Source of the DNA: Macrostomum hystrix
Lineage: Eukaryota > Animalia > Platyhelminthes
Length of the DNA stretch: 64,000 nucleotides
NCBI GenBank assembly: GCA_950097015.1
Contig: CATNEN010000034.1
Coordinates: forward strand, 3,224,001 to 3,288,000
Direction: 5' to 3'
The position numbers and the translations under genes are program-made. Below the pieces are notes generated by a model, which saw only the letters and a list, made by a program, of their open reading frames with translations, searched no databases and was not told the origin of the DNA. Positions 1 through 14,425 of the stretch are shown here, piece by piece (within the stretch, counting starts at the first letter, position 1; the number at the start of each line of letters is the position of its first letter).

Positions 1-354
1 TAGTGTGCACCGACTACTCGATTACAACTAAGGTCAAAATGAAGTCAATTTAGGAAACAATGAGGTTTTATGTTACATGGTTTCAGTATTACATATTCTT
101 GGCTGTTTAACAGTAGAATGACAACGCCATTTTCGCCCTGGGGAACGACGACAGGGTAATTCACAATAGCTCCAAAACCAACTGACCGAATTCGTGAAAG
201 TCCACCATCTGAATCAGCCTGTCAGTCAGTCTCACCCTGTTTATGATGTGCAGGATATAGATGCTAAATATAGTGTATAGTGGACTTTCATTCATATTTA
301 CAGCCATTGGTGAAAGTTAATTTGAGTTTTCATAATGTGGAATACATTGCATTT

Positions 355-950
355 GGGATTCTAGGTTTTGGGATTCTTTGAGTTGGGGTTCTAGGAGTTG
401 GGATTCTAGGAGTTAGGATTCTAGGAGTTGGGATTCTAGGAGCTGGGATTCTAGGAGCGGGGAGGATTCTAGGTTTTGGGATTCTTTGAGTTGGGGTTCT
501 AGGAGTTGGGATTCTAGGAGTTGGGATTCTAGGAGTTGGGATTCTAGGAGCTGGGATTCTAGGAGCTGGGATTCTAGGAGCTGGGATTCTAGGAGCTGGG
601 ATTCTAGGAATAGGGATTCCAGGAGTTGGGATTCTAGAAGTCAATTTAGAATTAGGATTCTAAAAGTCGGGAATCTAGGAGTTAGGATTCCAGGAGTTGG
701 GATTCTAGGAGTTGGGATTCTAGGGGTTGGGATTCTAAGAGTTGGGATTCTAGGGGTTGGGATTCTAGGGGTTGGGATTCTAGGAGTAGGGATTCTTGGG
801 GTTGGGATTCTAAGATTATAAAAGTGAGGATTCTAGGAAATGGGATTCTAGGAAATGGGATTCCTTGAATTGTGATTCTGCGAATAAGGATTCTAGGATC
901 ATAGAAGTGAGGATTATTGGAGTTTGGATTCTAGGAGTTAAGATAGTTGA
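355..950. repeat. Minisatellite, 15-nt unit GGGATTCTAGGAGTT
   Basis: Direct tandem periodicity, degenerate at both ends. Confidence 0.95.
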
Positions 951-1259
951 TTAGGGATTCTTCCAGTCCGCAGACTCTTTTCTCGCCTCAATCTTCGTTT
1001 TCCTCTCGCAAAAGTTTCTAACTTTACTTTGGTATGCGCAGCCTACAAACGCGTGAGGCGCTGGGCCAGTTCTAGCAAAAGTGCACGGAGTTTGAAGTGC
1101 TTCCTCTAGCGATCAGACTATTAGACTATTTAAAAAAGCGACAGAGACTGAAAAAAGATGAAAAGTCTAAATTAGAAGTCAGTTTTAGCTGTCAATGGCC
1201 TGCCACTTTGTATTAGGCAGACCTGATTAGCAGAAACGGCACCGATCAGCCATCTCTGA

Positions 1260-1260
<1 letters not shown>

Positions 1261-1293
<33 letters not shown>
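1261..1293. repeat. (CTG)11 microsatellite
   Basis: Perfect trinucleotide run. Confidence 0.95.
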
Positions 1294-1294
<1 letters not shown>

Positions 1295-1763
1295 GACAGA
1301 CCGAGTAGTATCTACCAATTGGCTAGCCAGCCCCCCTCCAATGTCCCCACGAGCCAATCAGAGTTGGTGCAGTGTGAAATAGAGCAGTAGAAAGGCGGAG
1401 ACTTCATGGTGAGTTGTAGTCAATATCGAAGACTTCTATAATAGTAAAATTTGTCGATTAAAATTTTCCTAGAAAAGCCTTTCTTCTTAATCCCCGCAAA
1501 ACATTCTTAGATCGGATTGCAAACAATTGCACAGGTGAGTAATCTGTTCGCTGTATAAAAGTGCACACTGGTAGTTTATCGTGTCATCACATTGACAAAC
1601 AGTTAAAATCTAAAAGAAAGCCATTCGTAAACTTTTTGCTCATGGCTTTTGTTTTTTTCAAAACGTTTGCCACTTTTTCCTTGATTTCATCAAAAATATA
1701 TTAAACATGTATTCGTTTATTAAAAAAAAATTATTAACTCATTATGAAAACATCATCATGGTC

Positions 1764-3546
1764 GTAGTGGACGAAGTACACAAGGATTTGGAGTAATAGA
1801 TGAAGTACACAAGGATTTGGAGTAATAGATGAAGTACACAAGGATTTGGAGTAATAGATGAAGTACACAAGGATTTGGAGTAATAGATGAAGTACACAAG
1901 GATTTGGAGTAATAGATGAAGTACACAAGGATTTGGAGTAATAGATGAAGTACACAAGGATTTGGAGTGGTGGATGAAGTACACAAGGATTTGGAGTGGT
2001 GGATGAAGTACACAAGGATTTGGAGTTGTAGATGAAGTACACAAGGATTTAGAGTGGTGGATGAAGTACACAAGGATTTGGAGTAATAGATGAAGTACAC
2101 AAGGATTTAGTGTGGTGGATGAAGTACACAAGGATTTAGAGTGGTAGAAGAAGTACACAAGGACTTGGAGTTGTAGATGAAGTACACAAGGATTAGGAGT
2201 GGTAGATGAAGTACACAAGGATTTAGAGTGGTGGATAAGTACACAAGGATTAGGAGTTGTAGATGAAGTACACAAGGATTTAGAGTGGTGGATAAGTACA
2301 CAAGGATTTAGAGTTGTAGATGAAGTACACAAGGATTAGGAGTGGTAGATGAAGTACACAAGGATTTAGAGTGGTAGATGAAGTACACAAGGATTTAGAG
2401 TTGTAGATGAAGTACACAAGGATTTAGAGTGGTAGATGAAGTACACAAGGATTTAGAGTGGTAGATGAAGTACACAAGGATTTGGAGTAATAGATGAAGT
2501 ACACAAGGACTTGGAGTAATAGATGAAGTACACAAGGATTTGGAGTAATAGATGAAGTACACAAGGATTTAGTGTGGTGGATGAAGTACACAAGGATTTA
2601 GAGTGGTAGAAGAAGTACACAAGGACTTGGAGTTGTAGATGAAGTACACAAGGATTAGGAGTGGTAGATGAAGTACACAAGGATTTAGAGTGGTGGATGA
2701 AGTACACAAGGATTAGGAGTTGTAGATGAAGTACACAAGGATTTAGAGTGGTGGATAAGTACACAAGGATTAGGAGTGGTAGATGAAGTACACAAGGATT
2801 TAGAGTGGTGGATGAAGTACACAAGGATTAGGAGTTGTAGATGAAGTACACAAGGATTTAGAGTGGTGGATGAAGTACACAAGGATTTAGAGTGGTGGAT
2901 GAAGTACACAAGGATTTAGAGTGGTGGATGAAGTACACAAGGATTAGGAGTTGTAGATGAAGTACACAAGGATTAGGAGTTGTAGATGAAGTACACAAGG
3001 ATTAGGAGTTGTAGATGAAGTACACAAGGATTAGGAGTTGTAGATGAAGTACACAAGGATTAGGAGTTGTAGATGAAGTACACAAGGATTTAGAGTGGTG
3101 GATGAAGTACACAAGGATTAGGAGTTGTAGATGAAGTACACAAGGATTTAGAGTGGTGGATGAAGTACACAAGGATTTAGAGTGGTGGATGAAGTACACA
3201 AGGATTTAGAGTGGTGGATGAAGTACACAAGGATTTGGAGTTGTAGATGAAGTACACAAGGATTTAGAGTGGTGGATGAAGTACACAAGGATTAGGAGTT
3301 GTAGATGAAGTACACAAGGATTTAGAGTGGTGGATGAAGTACACAAGGATTTAGAGTGGTGGATGAAGTACACAAGGATTTAGAGTGGTGGATGAAGTAC
3401 ACAAGGATTTAGAGTGGTGGATGAAGTACACAAGGATTTAGAGTGGTGGATGAAGTACACAAGGATTTAGAGTGGTGGATGAAGTGCACAAGGATTTAGA
3501 GTGGTGGATGAAGTGCACAAGGATTAGGAGTTGTAGATGAAGTACA
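1764..3546. repeat. Minisatellite, 29-nt unit GATGAAGTACACAAGGATTT(G/A)GAGTGGTG, about 61 copies
   Basis: Direct tandem periodicity. Confidence 0.97.
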
Positions 3547-4363
3547 GATGAAGAATCTGGCACTCGATTGTGACAGATTTTGTTAGCCAGTAACCAAGGC
3601 TTTACACAATAGAATGCGGGAAGTTAATCAAGATGAAGACAGAAAAAAATCGTAGAATAACCAAAACGGCAAAAAAAATTTTTGGGGAAAATAGTTAAAA
3701 TCATCCGCTTGTGATCAACACGAATAAATTCTATCGATAAAAATTATTTAATATTTAGCTTTGCAAAAATATGTCATGCTTTGATGAAGAATAAGCCAAC
3801 GTTCAATGGGGCATCGCAATATTGCATGAGCTAGCGAGAATTGCATAATTATGGCTGTCACACAGCGGCAGAACTAAACTGATTGGAAAAGTTCTGGCTA
3901 AAACTGGCAGAGATGGCATCGATCAAATTTCTAATGCCTGATTAGCGGAGAGTGGCAAATTTTCATTCCGACTTTATCAACCGTAGCCCCAACCGTCTGG
4001 CTGATGTATGACGCGAAGCGAGCTGTCGCACCCTCCCCCTCCACCCTCCCACCTATCTGGTCTGGTGCAGTTTATTGGCGAGAAAGTGCAAAGGGCCGCG
4101 CCATCTTGATTACTCAGAGGGGGGTGGAGACGACCTGATCTAGGAACGGTAGCTAAAGATAAATGGTATTAATTGAGGGCTTAGCCGTATAAAGAGGAGT
4201 AGCAATGGGATTAGGATAACGATGATAGTGCTAATTTGTGTCAATATTTAATGCCAAGCTGCTACTAACGCCACTGTCTCCGCTGCTGCTTCTACTAATT
4301 TTTATGCAAGTTCAATATTTTTATATCTACTGGTTTCCGGTAAATGGGTTCCGACAACATCCA

Positions 4364-5280
4364 TTAGACACAATGATGCGTTCCAGTTGATCTTGGACAC
4401 AATGATGCGTTCCAGTTGATCTTGGACACAATGATGCGTTCCACATGATCTTGGACACAATGATGCGTTCCAGTTGATCTTGGACACAATGATGCGTTCC
4501 AGTTGATCTTGGACACAATGATGCGTTCCACATGATCTTGGACATAATGATGCGTTCCACATGATCTTAGACACAATGATGCGTTCCACATGATCTTAGA
4601 CACAATGATGCGTTCCACATGATCTTGGACACAATGATGCGTTCCAGTTGATCTTGGACACAATGATGCGTTCCAGTTGATCTTAGACACAATGATGCGT
4701 TCCAGTTGATCTTGGACACAATGATGCGTTCCAGTTGATCTTGGACACAATGATGCGTTCCAGTTGATCTTGGACACAATGATGCGTTCCAGTTGATCTT
4801 AGACACAATGATGCGTTCCAGTTGATCTTGGACACAATGATGCGTTCCAGTTGATCTTAGACACAATGATGCGTTCCACATGATCTTAGACACAATGATG
4901 CGTTCCAGTTGATCTTGGACACAATGATGCGTTCCACATGATCTTGGACACAATGATGCGGTCTAGTTGATCTTGGACACAATGATGCGTTCCACATGAT
5001 CTTAGACACAATGATGCGTTCCACATGATCTTAGACACAATGATGCGTTCCACATGATCTTAGACACAATGATGCGTTCCACATGATCTTAGACACAATG
5101 ATGCGTTCCAGTTGATCTTGGACACAATGATGCGTTCCACATGATCTTGGACACAATGATACGTTCCACATGATCTTAGACACAATGATGCGTTCCAGTT
5201 GATCTTGGACACAATGATGCGTTCCACATGATCTTGGACACAATGATGCGGTCTAGTTGATCTTGGACACAATGATGCGG
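4364..5280. repeat. Minisatellite, 29-nt unit ACACAATGATGCGTTCCAGTTGATCTTGG, about 31 copies
   Basis: Direct tandem periodicity. Confidence 0.97.
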
Positions 5281-5362
5281 TTCGAAGAATTTAAAGTGGC
5301 GGACGACGTCCAGAATACTTTGGAGGAGTGGGCAACATCGAGAACGCTCCTGAGTTGTGGAT

Positions 5363-5740
5363 AGAGGATTTGGAAGGATTGGAGAAGCGGATGAAGGATT
5401 TGGAAGGATTGGAGAAGCGGATGAAGGATTTGGAAGGATTGGAGAAGCGGATGAAGGATTTGGAAGGATTGGAGAAGCGGATGAAGGATTTGGAAGGATT
5501 GGAGAAGCGGATGAAGGATTTGGAAGGATTGGAGAAGCGGATGAAGGATTTGGAAGGATTGGAGAAGCGGATGAAGGATTTGGAAGGATTGGAGAAGCGG
5601 ATGAAGGATTTGGAAGGATTGGAGAAGCGGATGAAGGATTTGGAAGGATTGGAGAAGCGGATGAAGGATTTGGAAGGATTGGAGAAGCGGATGAAGGATT
5701 TGGAAGGATTGGAGAAGCGGATGAAGGATTTGGAAGGATT
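5363..5740. repeat. Minisatellite, perfect 30-nt unit TGGAAGGATTGGAGAAGCGGATGAAGGATT, about 12-13 copies
   Basis: Sequence lines repeat identically every 60 nt. Confidence 0.97.
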
Positions 5741-6465
5741 TCGCATGGTGGACGACATCAGAAGGATCTGAAGGAGGACGATTTCTAGAAAGGATTTTGA
5801 CACATTTCGTACACAATGCTTTAGTCCTATAATATCACGACCAGTACCTCATTCTTATCACGAAACGTCAGTTAGAAGTGTCACATTCTGGCTAAGCAAA
5901 ATAAACTTGTAATATTTTACGAAGCGATGCTCTCCCCAGTCAAATATTCGTGAACTGTCTCAGTGGCATCGATTTTCTCGCAAGCCGAAAAAAAAGTTCT
6001 TTAGCGAGAAAGTTTCTCTTGGGCTTCGGGCCGATAGCAGCCCACTTAAATGGCATGCTTTAGCAGGAATTCTCTCAAAGAATAAGCTACCAACTCAACG
6101 TTGTAAGTAAATGTGCGCGCACTTCCTTCCTTTCATTCATTCACCGCCGGGTAGAGGGCGAGAGTGTGTGGTTTGACAGTAAAAATGGAAGTCTTCTTTA
6201 CTGTCGTAGAATTTTTCGTGTCGATGAGTGAAAGTGACAGCAGAAAAATAGTGAGTGGCATGCACCGTTTGATGGCCAAGACAACCATTTTTTGCAATAT
6301 ACTGACAAAGACATAATGCATGTTTGTTTAAGAAATGCTGATAATAGCGGTAATGCTGATAAACGTAATTAAAATACTCATCTTCGTTGAATGTGCTTCA
6401 AGATTAAAATTAATTTTCTGGCGTCTTGAAAGTACTCGTGGTAGGCTACGACAGAACTGATTATG

Positions 6466-9400
6466 AGCAGTGGACGATGTCGAGAAGGATTTGCAGGAGT
6501 GGACAACATCCACATGGATTTGAAGTAGTGAACAACATCCACATGTATTTGAAGTAGTGAACAACATCCACATGTATTTGAAGTAGTGAACAACATCCAC
6601 ATGTATTTGAAGTAGTGGACAACATCCACATGTATTTGAAGTAGTGAACAACATCCACATATATTTGAAGTAGTGAACAACATCCACATGTATTTGGAGG
6701 AGTGAACAACATCCACATGGATTTGGAGGAGTGGACAACATCCACATGGATTTGGAGGAGTGGACAACATCCACATGGATTTGGAGTAGTGGACAACATC
6801 CACATGGATTTGAAGTAGTGGACAACATCCACATGTATTTGGAGGAGTGAACAACATCCACATGTATTTGGAGGAGTGAACAACATCCACATGGATTTGG
6901 AGGAGTGAACAACATCCACATGGATTTGAAGTAGTGGACAACATCCACATGGATTTGAAGTAGTGGACAACATCCACATGGATTTGCAGGAGTGGACAAC
7001 ATCCACATGGATTTGAAGTAGTGGACAACATCCACATGGATTTGAAGTAGTGGACAACATCCACATGGATTTGAAGTAGTGGACAACATCCACATGGATT
7101 TGAAGTAGTGGACAACATCCACATGGATTTGAAGTAGTGGACAACATCCACATGGATTTGGAGGAGTGGACAACATCCACATGGATTTGGAGTAGTGGAC
7201 AACATCCACATGGATTTGAAGTAGTGGACAACATCCACATGGATTTGAAGTAGTGGACAACATCCACATGGATTTGGAGGAGTGGACAACATCCACATGG
7301 ATTTGGAGTAGTGGTCAACATCCACATGGATTTGAAGTAGTGGACAACATCCACATGGATTTGAAGTAGTGGACAACATCCACATGTATTTGGAGGAGTG
7401 GACAACATCCACATGTATTTGAAGGAGTGGACAACATCCACATGGATTTGGAGGAGTGGTCAACATCCACATGGATTTGGAGGAGTGGACAACATCCACA
7501 TGGATTTGGAGTAGTGGTCAACATCCACATGGATTTGAAGTAGTGGACAACATCCACATGGATTTGAAGTAGTGGACAACATCCACATGGATTTGGAGGA
7601 GTGGACAACATCCACATGGATTTGGAGTAGTGGTCAACATCCACATGGATTTGAAGTAGTGGACAACATCCACATGGATTTGAAGTAGTGGACAACATCC
7701 ACATGTATTTGGAGGAGTGGACAACATCCACATGTATTTGAAGGAGTGGACAACATCCACATGGATTTGAAGTAGTGGACAACATCCACATGGATTTGCA
7801 GGAGTGGACAACATCCACATGGATTTGAAGTAGTGGACAACATCCACATGGATTTGAAGTAGTGGACAACATCCACATGTATTTGGAGGAGTGGACAACA
7901 TCCACATGGATTTGGAGTAGTGGTCAACATCCACATGGATTTGAAGTAGTGGACAACATCCACATGGATTTGAAGTAGTGGACAACATCCACATGTATTT
8001 GGAGGAGTGGACAACATCCACATGGATTTGGAGGAGTGGACAACATCCACATGTATTTGAAGGAGTGGACAACATCCACATGGATTTGGAGGAGTGGTCA
8101 ACATCCACATGGATTTGAAGTAGTGGACAACATCCACATGTATTTGGAGGAGTGAACAACATCCACATGGATTTGGAGGAGTGGACAACATCCACATGGA
8201 TTTGGAGGAGTGGACAACATCCACATGTATTTGAAGTAGTGAACAACATCCACATGTATTTGGAGGAGTGAACAACATCCACATGTATTTGAAGTAGTGG
8301 ACAACATCCACATGGATTTGAAGTAGTGGACAACATCCACATGGATTTGAAGTAGTGGACAACATCCACATGGATTTGCAGGAGTGGACAACATCCACAT
8401 GGATTTGAAGTAGTGGACAACATCCACATGGATTTGAAGTAGTGGACAACATCCACATGGATTTGAAGTAGTGGACAACATCCACATGGATTTGAAGTAG
8501 TGGACAACATCCACATGGATTTGCAGGAGTGGACAACATCCACATGGATTTGAAGTAGTGGACAACATCCACATGGATTTGCAGGAGTGGACAACATCCA
8601 CATGGATTTGAAGTAGTGGACAACATCCACATGGATTTGAAGTAGTGGACAACATCCACATGGATTTGGAGGAGTGGTCAACATCCACATGGATTTGAAG
8701 TAGTGGACAACATCCACATGGATTTGGAGGAGTGGACAACATCCACATGGATTTGGAGGAGTGGACAACATCCACATGTATTTGAAGTAGTGAACAACAT
8801 CCACATGTATTTGGAGGAGTGGACAACATCCACATGTATTTGAAGGAGTGGACAACATCCACATGGATTTGAAGGAGTGGACAACATCCACATGGATTTG
8901 AAGGAGTGGACAACATCCACATGTATTTGAAGGAGTGGACAACATCCACATGTATTTGGAGGAGTGGACAACATCCACATGTATTTGGAGGAGTGAACAA
9001 CATCCACATGTATTTGGAGGAGTGAACAACATCCACATGTATTTGGAGGAGTGAACAACATCCACATGTATTTGAAGTAGTGAACAACATCCACATGGAT
9101 TTGAAGTAGTGGACAACATCCACATGGATTTGAAGTAGTGGACAACATCCACATGGATTTGCAGGAGTGGTCAACATCCACATGGATTTGAAGTAGTGGA
9201 CAACATCCACATGGATTTGAAGGAGTGGACAACATCCACATGGATTTGAAGTAGTGAACAACATCCACATGGATTTGAAGGAGTGAACAACATCCACATG
9301 GATTTGAAGGAGTGAACAACATCCACATGGATTTGAAGGAGTGGACAACATCCACATGGATTTGAAGTAGTGAACAACATCCACATGGATTTGAAGGAGT

Positions 9401-10040
9401 GAACAACATCCACATGGATTTGAAGGAGTGGACAACATCCACATGGATTTGAAGTAGTGAACAACATCCACATGGATTTGAAGTAGTGGACAACATCCAC
9501 ATGGATTTGAAGTAGTGGACAACATCCACATGGATTTGCAGGAGTGGACAACATCCACATGGATTTGAAGTAGTGGACAACATCCACATGGATTTGAAGT
9601 AGTGGACAACATCCACATGGATTTGAAGTAGTGGACAACATCCACATGGATTTGAAGTAGTGAACAACATCCACATGGATTTGAAGTAGTGGACAACATC
9701 CACATGGATTTGAAGTAGTGGACAACATCCACATGGATTTGCAGGAGTGGACAACATCCACATGGATTTGAAGTAGTGGACAACATCCACATGGATTTGA
9801 AGGAGTGAACAACATCCACATGGATTTGGAGGAGTGAACAACATCCACATGGATTTGAAGTAGTGGACAACATCCACATGGATTTGAAGGAGTGGACAAC
9901 ATCCACATGGATTTGAAGTAGTGAACAACATCCACATGGATTTGAAGTAGTGGACAACATCCACATGGATTTGAAGTAGTGGACAACATCCACATGGATT
10001 TGAAGGAGTGAACAACATCCACATGGATTTGGAGGAGTGA
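6466..10040. repeat. Minisatellite, 29-nt unit GTGGACAACATCCACATGGATTTGAAGTA, about 123 copies
   Basis: Direct tandem periodicity with several variant units. Confidence 0.97.
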
Positions 10041-11004
10041 TTGGATGTAGGTTCTTAAAGCAAGTTTTCACAGGTGAAACAAAACACTGTATCTGTACCC
10101 AACAATTTAATATTTTACGAGGCTGTTAAAATTACTGAGCGACCCTGCCGTGTCAGTCTAGATCCTATTTTTCATCATCATTAGTTTTCGACAAGCCATC
10201 ATTTAATAATCAAGTCACGAACGTGTCCTCTGTGTTCCAACTGCTCCACGAGAAGGTAGGAAAAGTAATTTACGAAAGCATGCCTCTCGTTGCTCTCGTT
10301 AAAGAGGCCCAGCTTTCATTAGTACATTGTGTTTTCCAGAACTTATGCATTTCACGCATCCCTCAAAAAGCGGCTTATGGATTGTTAAGTTTAATTAAGT
10401 GCGAAAATGAGTCCAGTAATGAGTAGTTGATTGGTCAAATCACATGTTCTGACCAACAGTTAGTCTTTTTTCTATAAAAATATTGTACGAGCAAAAGCAA
10501 TGCGGGGCCGGTATTTTCAGAAGCGCACAGAAATTATTTTTATAACATTTTTTTCGGCTTGAAAGCTGCACAAACTGGTAGAAATGTCATTTCCTATTCG
10601 AGCTAGCTGGCAAGAATGCCGCAGCTGTCTCCCGCGCGGGCTGTGAAAGCCAACAATGCGCTCCCATCGGCCTATTCGCATTCCTCTTCGTTGAGGGGAG
10701 ATCTGGATGAATTCCCGGTCCGCAGAACGCCCACGCGCCTCCAGAAACCGAGAGGCGCCACTGAAGATGAAGACAAACAGAGACTGCGCCGTTTGCGCCC
10801 ACGTGGGACAAAGTAGATGAGCCTCTTTAAATTCCCATTTGAACAGTAAAAGAAAACACACTAAAATAAGTTGCATTCTTCTTCCCAATGTTCGTCAGTT
10901 CCTAGCTTTCTAGCTGAAATCCTCTTGTAATAATTGCTTTTTGTTGTAATATTCTTTGAATACAACAGTTCAAACAATACCATCTAATGCTTAACCGTTT
11001 ATTG

Positions 11005-14000
11005 TTGACTAAGTTGGATGTAATCCACTGTGATGATTTGGGACGTGAGTTGATCGATTGGGATAATTTGGGATGTGAGTTGATCGATTGGGATGATTTG
11101 GGATGTGATTTGATCCACTGTGATGATTTGGGATGTGAGTTGATCCATTGGGATGATTTGGGATGTGAGTTGATCGATTGGGATAATTTGGGATGTGAGT
11201 TGATCGATTGGGATAATTTGGGATGTGAGTTGATCGATTGGGATGATTTGGGATGTGAGTTGATCGATTGGGATAATTTGGGATGTGATTTGATCCACTG
11301 TGATGATTTGGGATGTGAGTTGATCGATTGGGATAATTTGGGATGTGAGTTGATCGATTGGGATGATTTGGGATGTGAGTTGATCGATTGGGATGATTTG
11401 GGATGTGAGTTGATCGATTGGGATAATTTGGGATGTGATTTGATCCACTGTGATGATTTGGGATGTGAGTTGATCGATTGGGATAATTTGGGATGTGAGT
11501 TGATCGATTGGGATGATTTGGGATGTGAGTTGATCGATTGGGATGATTTGGGATGTGAGTTGATCGATTGGGATAATTTGGGATGTGATTTGATCCACTG
11601 TGATGATTTGGGATGTGAGTTGATCGATTGGGATAATTTGGGATGTGAGTTGATCGATTGGGATAATTTGGGATGTGAGTTGATCCATTGGGATAATTTA
11701 GGATGTAAGTTGATCCATTGGGATGATTTGGGATGTGAGTTGATCCATTGGGATAATTTGGGATGTGAGTTGATCCATTGGGATAATTTGGGATGTGAGT
11801 TGATCCATAGGGATAATTTGGGATGTGAGTTGATCCATTGGGATAATTTAGGATGTGAGTTGATCGATTGGGATAATTTGGGACGTGAGTTGATCCATTG
11901 GGATAATTTAGGATGTGAGTTGATCGATTGGGATGATTTAGGATGTGAGTTGATCGATTGGGATAATTTAGGATGTGAGTTGATCGATTGGGATAATTTG
12001 GGATGTGAGTTGATCGATTGGGATAATTTGGGATGTGAGTTGATCCATTGGGATAATTTAGGATGTAAGTTGATCCATTGGGATAATTTGGGATGTGAGT
12101 TGATCCATTGGGATAATTTAGGATGTGAGTTGATCGATTGGGATAATTTGGGATGTGAGTTGATCGATTGGGATGATTTAGGATGTGAGTTGATCGATTG
12201 GGATGATTTAGGATGTGAGTTGATCGATTGGGATGATTTAGGATGTGAGTTGATCGATTGGGATAATTTAGGATGTGAGTTGATCGATTGGGATGATTTA
12301 GGATGTGAGTTGATCCATTGGGATAATTTAGGATGTGAGTTGATCCATTGGGATAATTTAGGATGTGAGTTGATCGATTGGGATAATTTGGGACGTGAGT
12401 TGATCCATTGGGATAATTTAGGATGTGAGTTGATCGATTGGGATGATTTAGGATGTGAGTTGATCGATTGGGATAATTTAGGATGTGAGTTGATCGATTG
12501 GGATAATTTGGGACGTGAGTTGATCCATTGGGATAATTTAGGATGTGAGTTGATCGATTGGGATGATTTAGGATGTGAGTTGATCGATTGGGATGATTTA
12601 GGATGTGAGTTGATCGATTGGGATGATTTAGGATGTGAGTTGATCCATTGGGATAATTTAGGATGTGAGTTGATCCATTGGGATGATTTAGGATGTGAGT
12701 TGATCGATTGGGATGATTTAGGATGTGAGTTGATCCATTGGGATAATTTAGGATGTGAGTTGATCCATTGGGATAATTTAGGATGTGAGTTGATCGATTG
12801 GGATAATTTGGGACGTGAGTTGATCCATTGGGATAATTTAGGATGTGAGTTGATCGATTGGGATGATTTAGGATGTGAGTTGATCGATTGGGATGATTTA
12901 GGATGTGAGTTGATCCATTGGGATAATTTAGGATGTGAGTTGATCGATTGGGATGATTTAGGATGTGAGTTGATCGATTGGGATAATTTGGGATGTGAGT
13001 TGATCGATTGGGATAATTTGGGATGTGAGTTGATCCATTGGGATAATTTAGGATGTGAGTTGATCGATTGGGATAATTTGGGATGTGAGTTGATCCATTG
13101 GGATGATTTGGGATGTGAGTTGATCCATTGGGATAATTAGGGATGTTAGTTGATCGATTGGGATAATTTGGGATATGAGTTGATCCATTGGGATAATTTA
13201 GGATGTGAGTTGATCGATTGGGATGATTTGGGATGTTAGTTGATCGATTGGGATAATTTGGGATGTTAGTTGATCCATTGGGATAATTTGGGATGTGAGT
13301 TGATCCATTGGGATAATTTGGGATGTGAGTTGATCCATTGGGATGATTTGGGATGTGAGTTGATCGATTGGGATAATTTGGGATGTGAGTTGATCCATTG
13401 GGATGATTTGGCATGTGAGTTGATCCATTGGGATAATTTGGGATGTGAGTTGATCCATTGGGATAATTTGGGATATGAGTTGATCCATTGGGATAATTTA
13501 GGATGTGAGTTGATCGATTGGGATGATTTGGGATGTTAGTTGATCGATTGGGATAATTTGGGATGTTAGTTGATCCATTGGGATAATTTGGGATGTGAGT
13601 TGATCCATTGGGATAATTTGGGATGTGAGTTGATCCATTGGGATGATTTGGGATGTGAGTTGATCGATTGGGATAATTTGGGATGTGAGTTGATCGATTG
13701 GGATAATTTGGGATGTGAGTTGATCCATTGGGATAATTTGGGATGTGAGTTGATCCATTGGGATAATTTGGGATGTGAGTTGATCCATTGGGATGATTTG
13801 GGATGTGAGTTAATCGATTGGGATAATTTGGGATGTGAGTTGATCGATTGGGATAATTTGGGATGTGAGTTGATCCATTGGGATAATTAGGGATGTTAGT
13901 TGATCGATTGGGATAATTTGGGATGTGAGTTGATCCATTGGGATAATTTAGGATGTGAGTTGATCGATTGGGATAATTTGGGATGTGAGTTGATCCATTG

Positions 14001-14425
14001 GGATGATTTGGGATGTGAGTTGATCCATTGGGATAATTAGGGATGTTAGTTGATCGATTGGGATAATTTGGGATATGAGTTGATCCATTGGGATAATTTA
14101 GGATGTGAGTTGATCGATTGGGATAATTTGGGATGTGAGTTGATCGATTGGGATAATTTGGGATGTGAGTTGATCCATTGGGATAATTTGGGATGTGAGT
14201 TGATCCATTGGGATGATTTGGGATGTGAGTTGATCGATTGGGATAATTTGGGATGTGAGTTAATCGATTGGGATGATTTGGGATGTGAGTTGATCGATTG
14301 GGATAATTTGGGATGTGAGTTGATCCATTGGTATAATTAGGGATGTTAGTTGATCGATTGGGATAATTTGGGATGTGAGTTGATCCATTGGGATAATTTG
14401 GGATGTGAGTTGATCCATTGGGATG
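11005..14425. repeat. Minisatellite, 30-nt unit GGATGTGAGTTGATC(G/C)ATTGGGAT(A/G)ATTTG, about 113 copies
   Basis: Direct tandem periodicity; ends about 130 nt before the GPCR acceptor. Confidence 0.97.

Noticed and set aside
4364-5280. CRISPR-like appearance of 29-35-nt repeats (also 27836-28212, 38318-41240)
   Set aside because: Head-to-tail units with no unique spacers, no cas genes, and a spliceosomal eukaryotic context.
5328-5771. ORF with perfect MKDLEGLEKR repeats, coiled-coil-like
   Set aside because: A perfect 30-nt DNA repeat with no synonymous variation, open in several frames on both strands, and related to neighbouring non-coding arrays.
6328-10071. Multiple overlapping 280-660 aa Cys-rich ORFs (NPCGCCPLLQIHVDVVH), metallothionein- or keratin-like in appearance
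   Set aside because: A 29-nt unit cycles through all three frames, so the same peptide appears in each; this is a repeat artefact.
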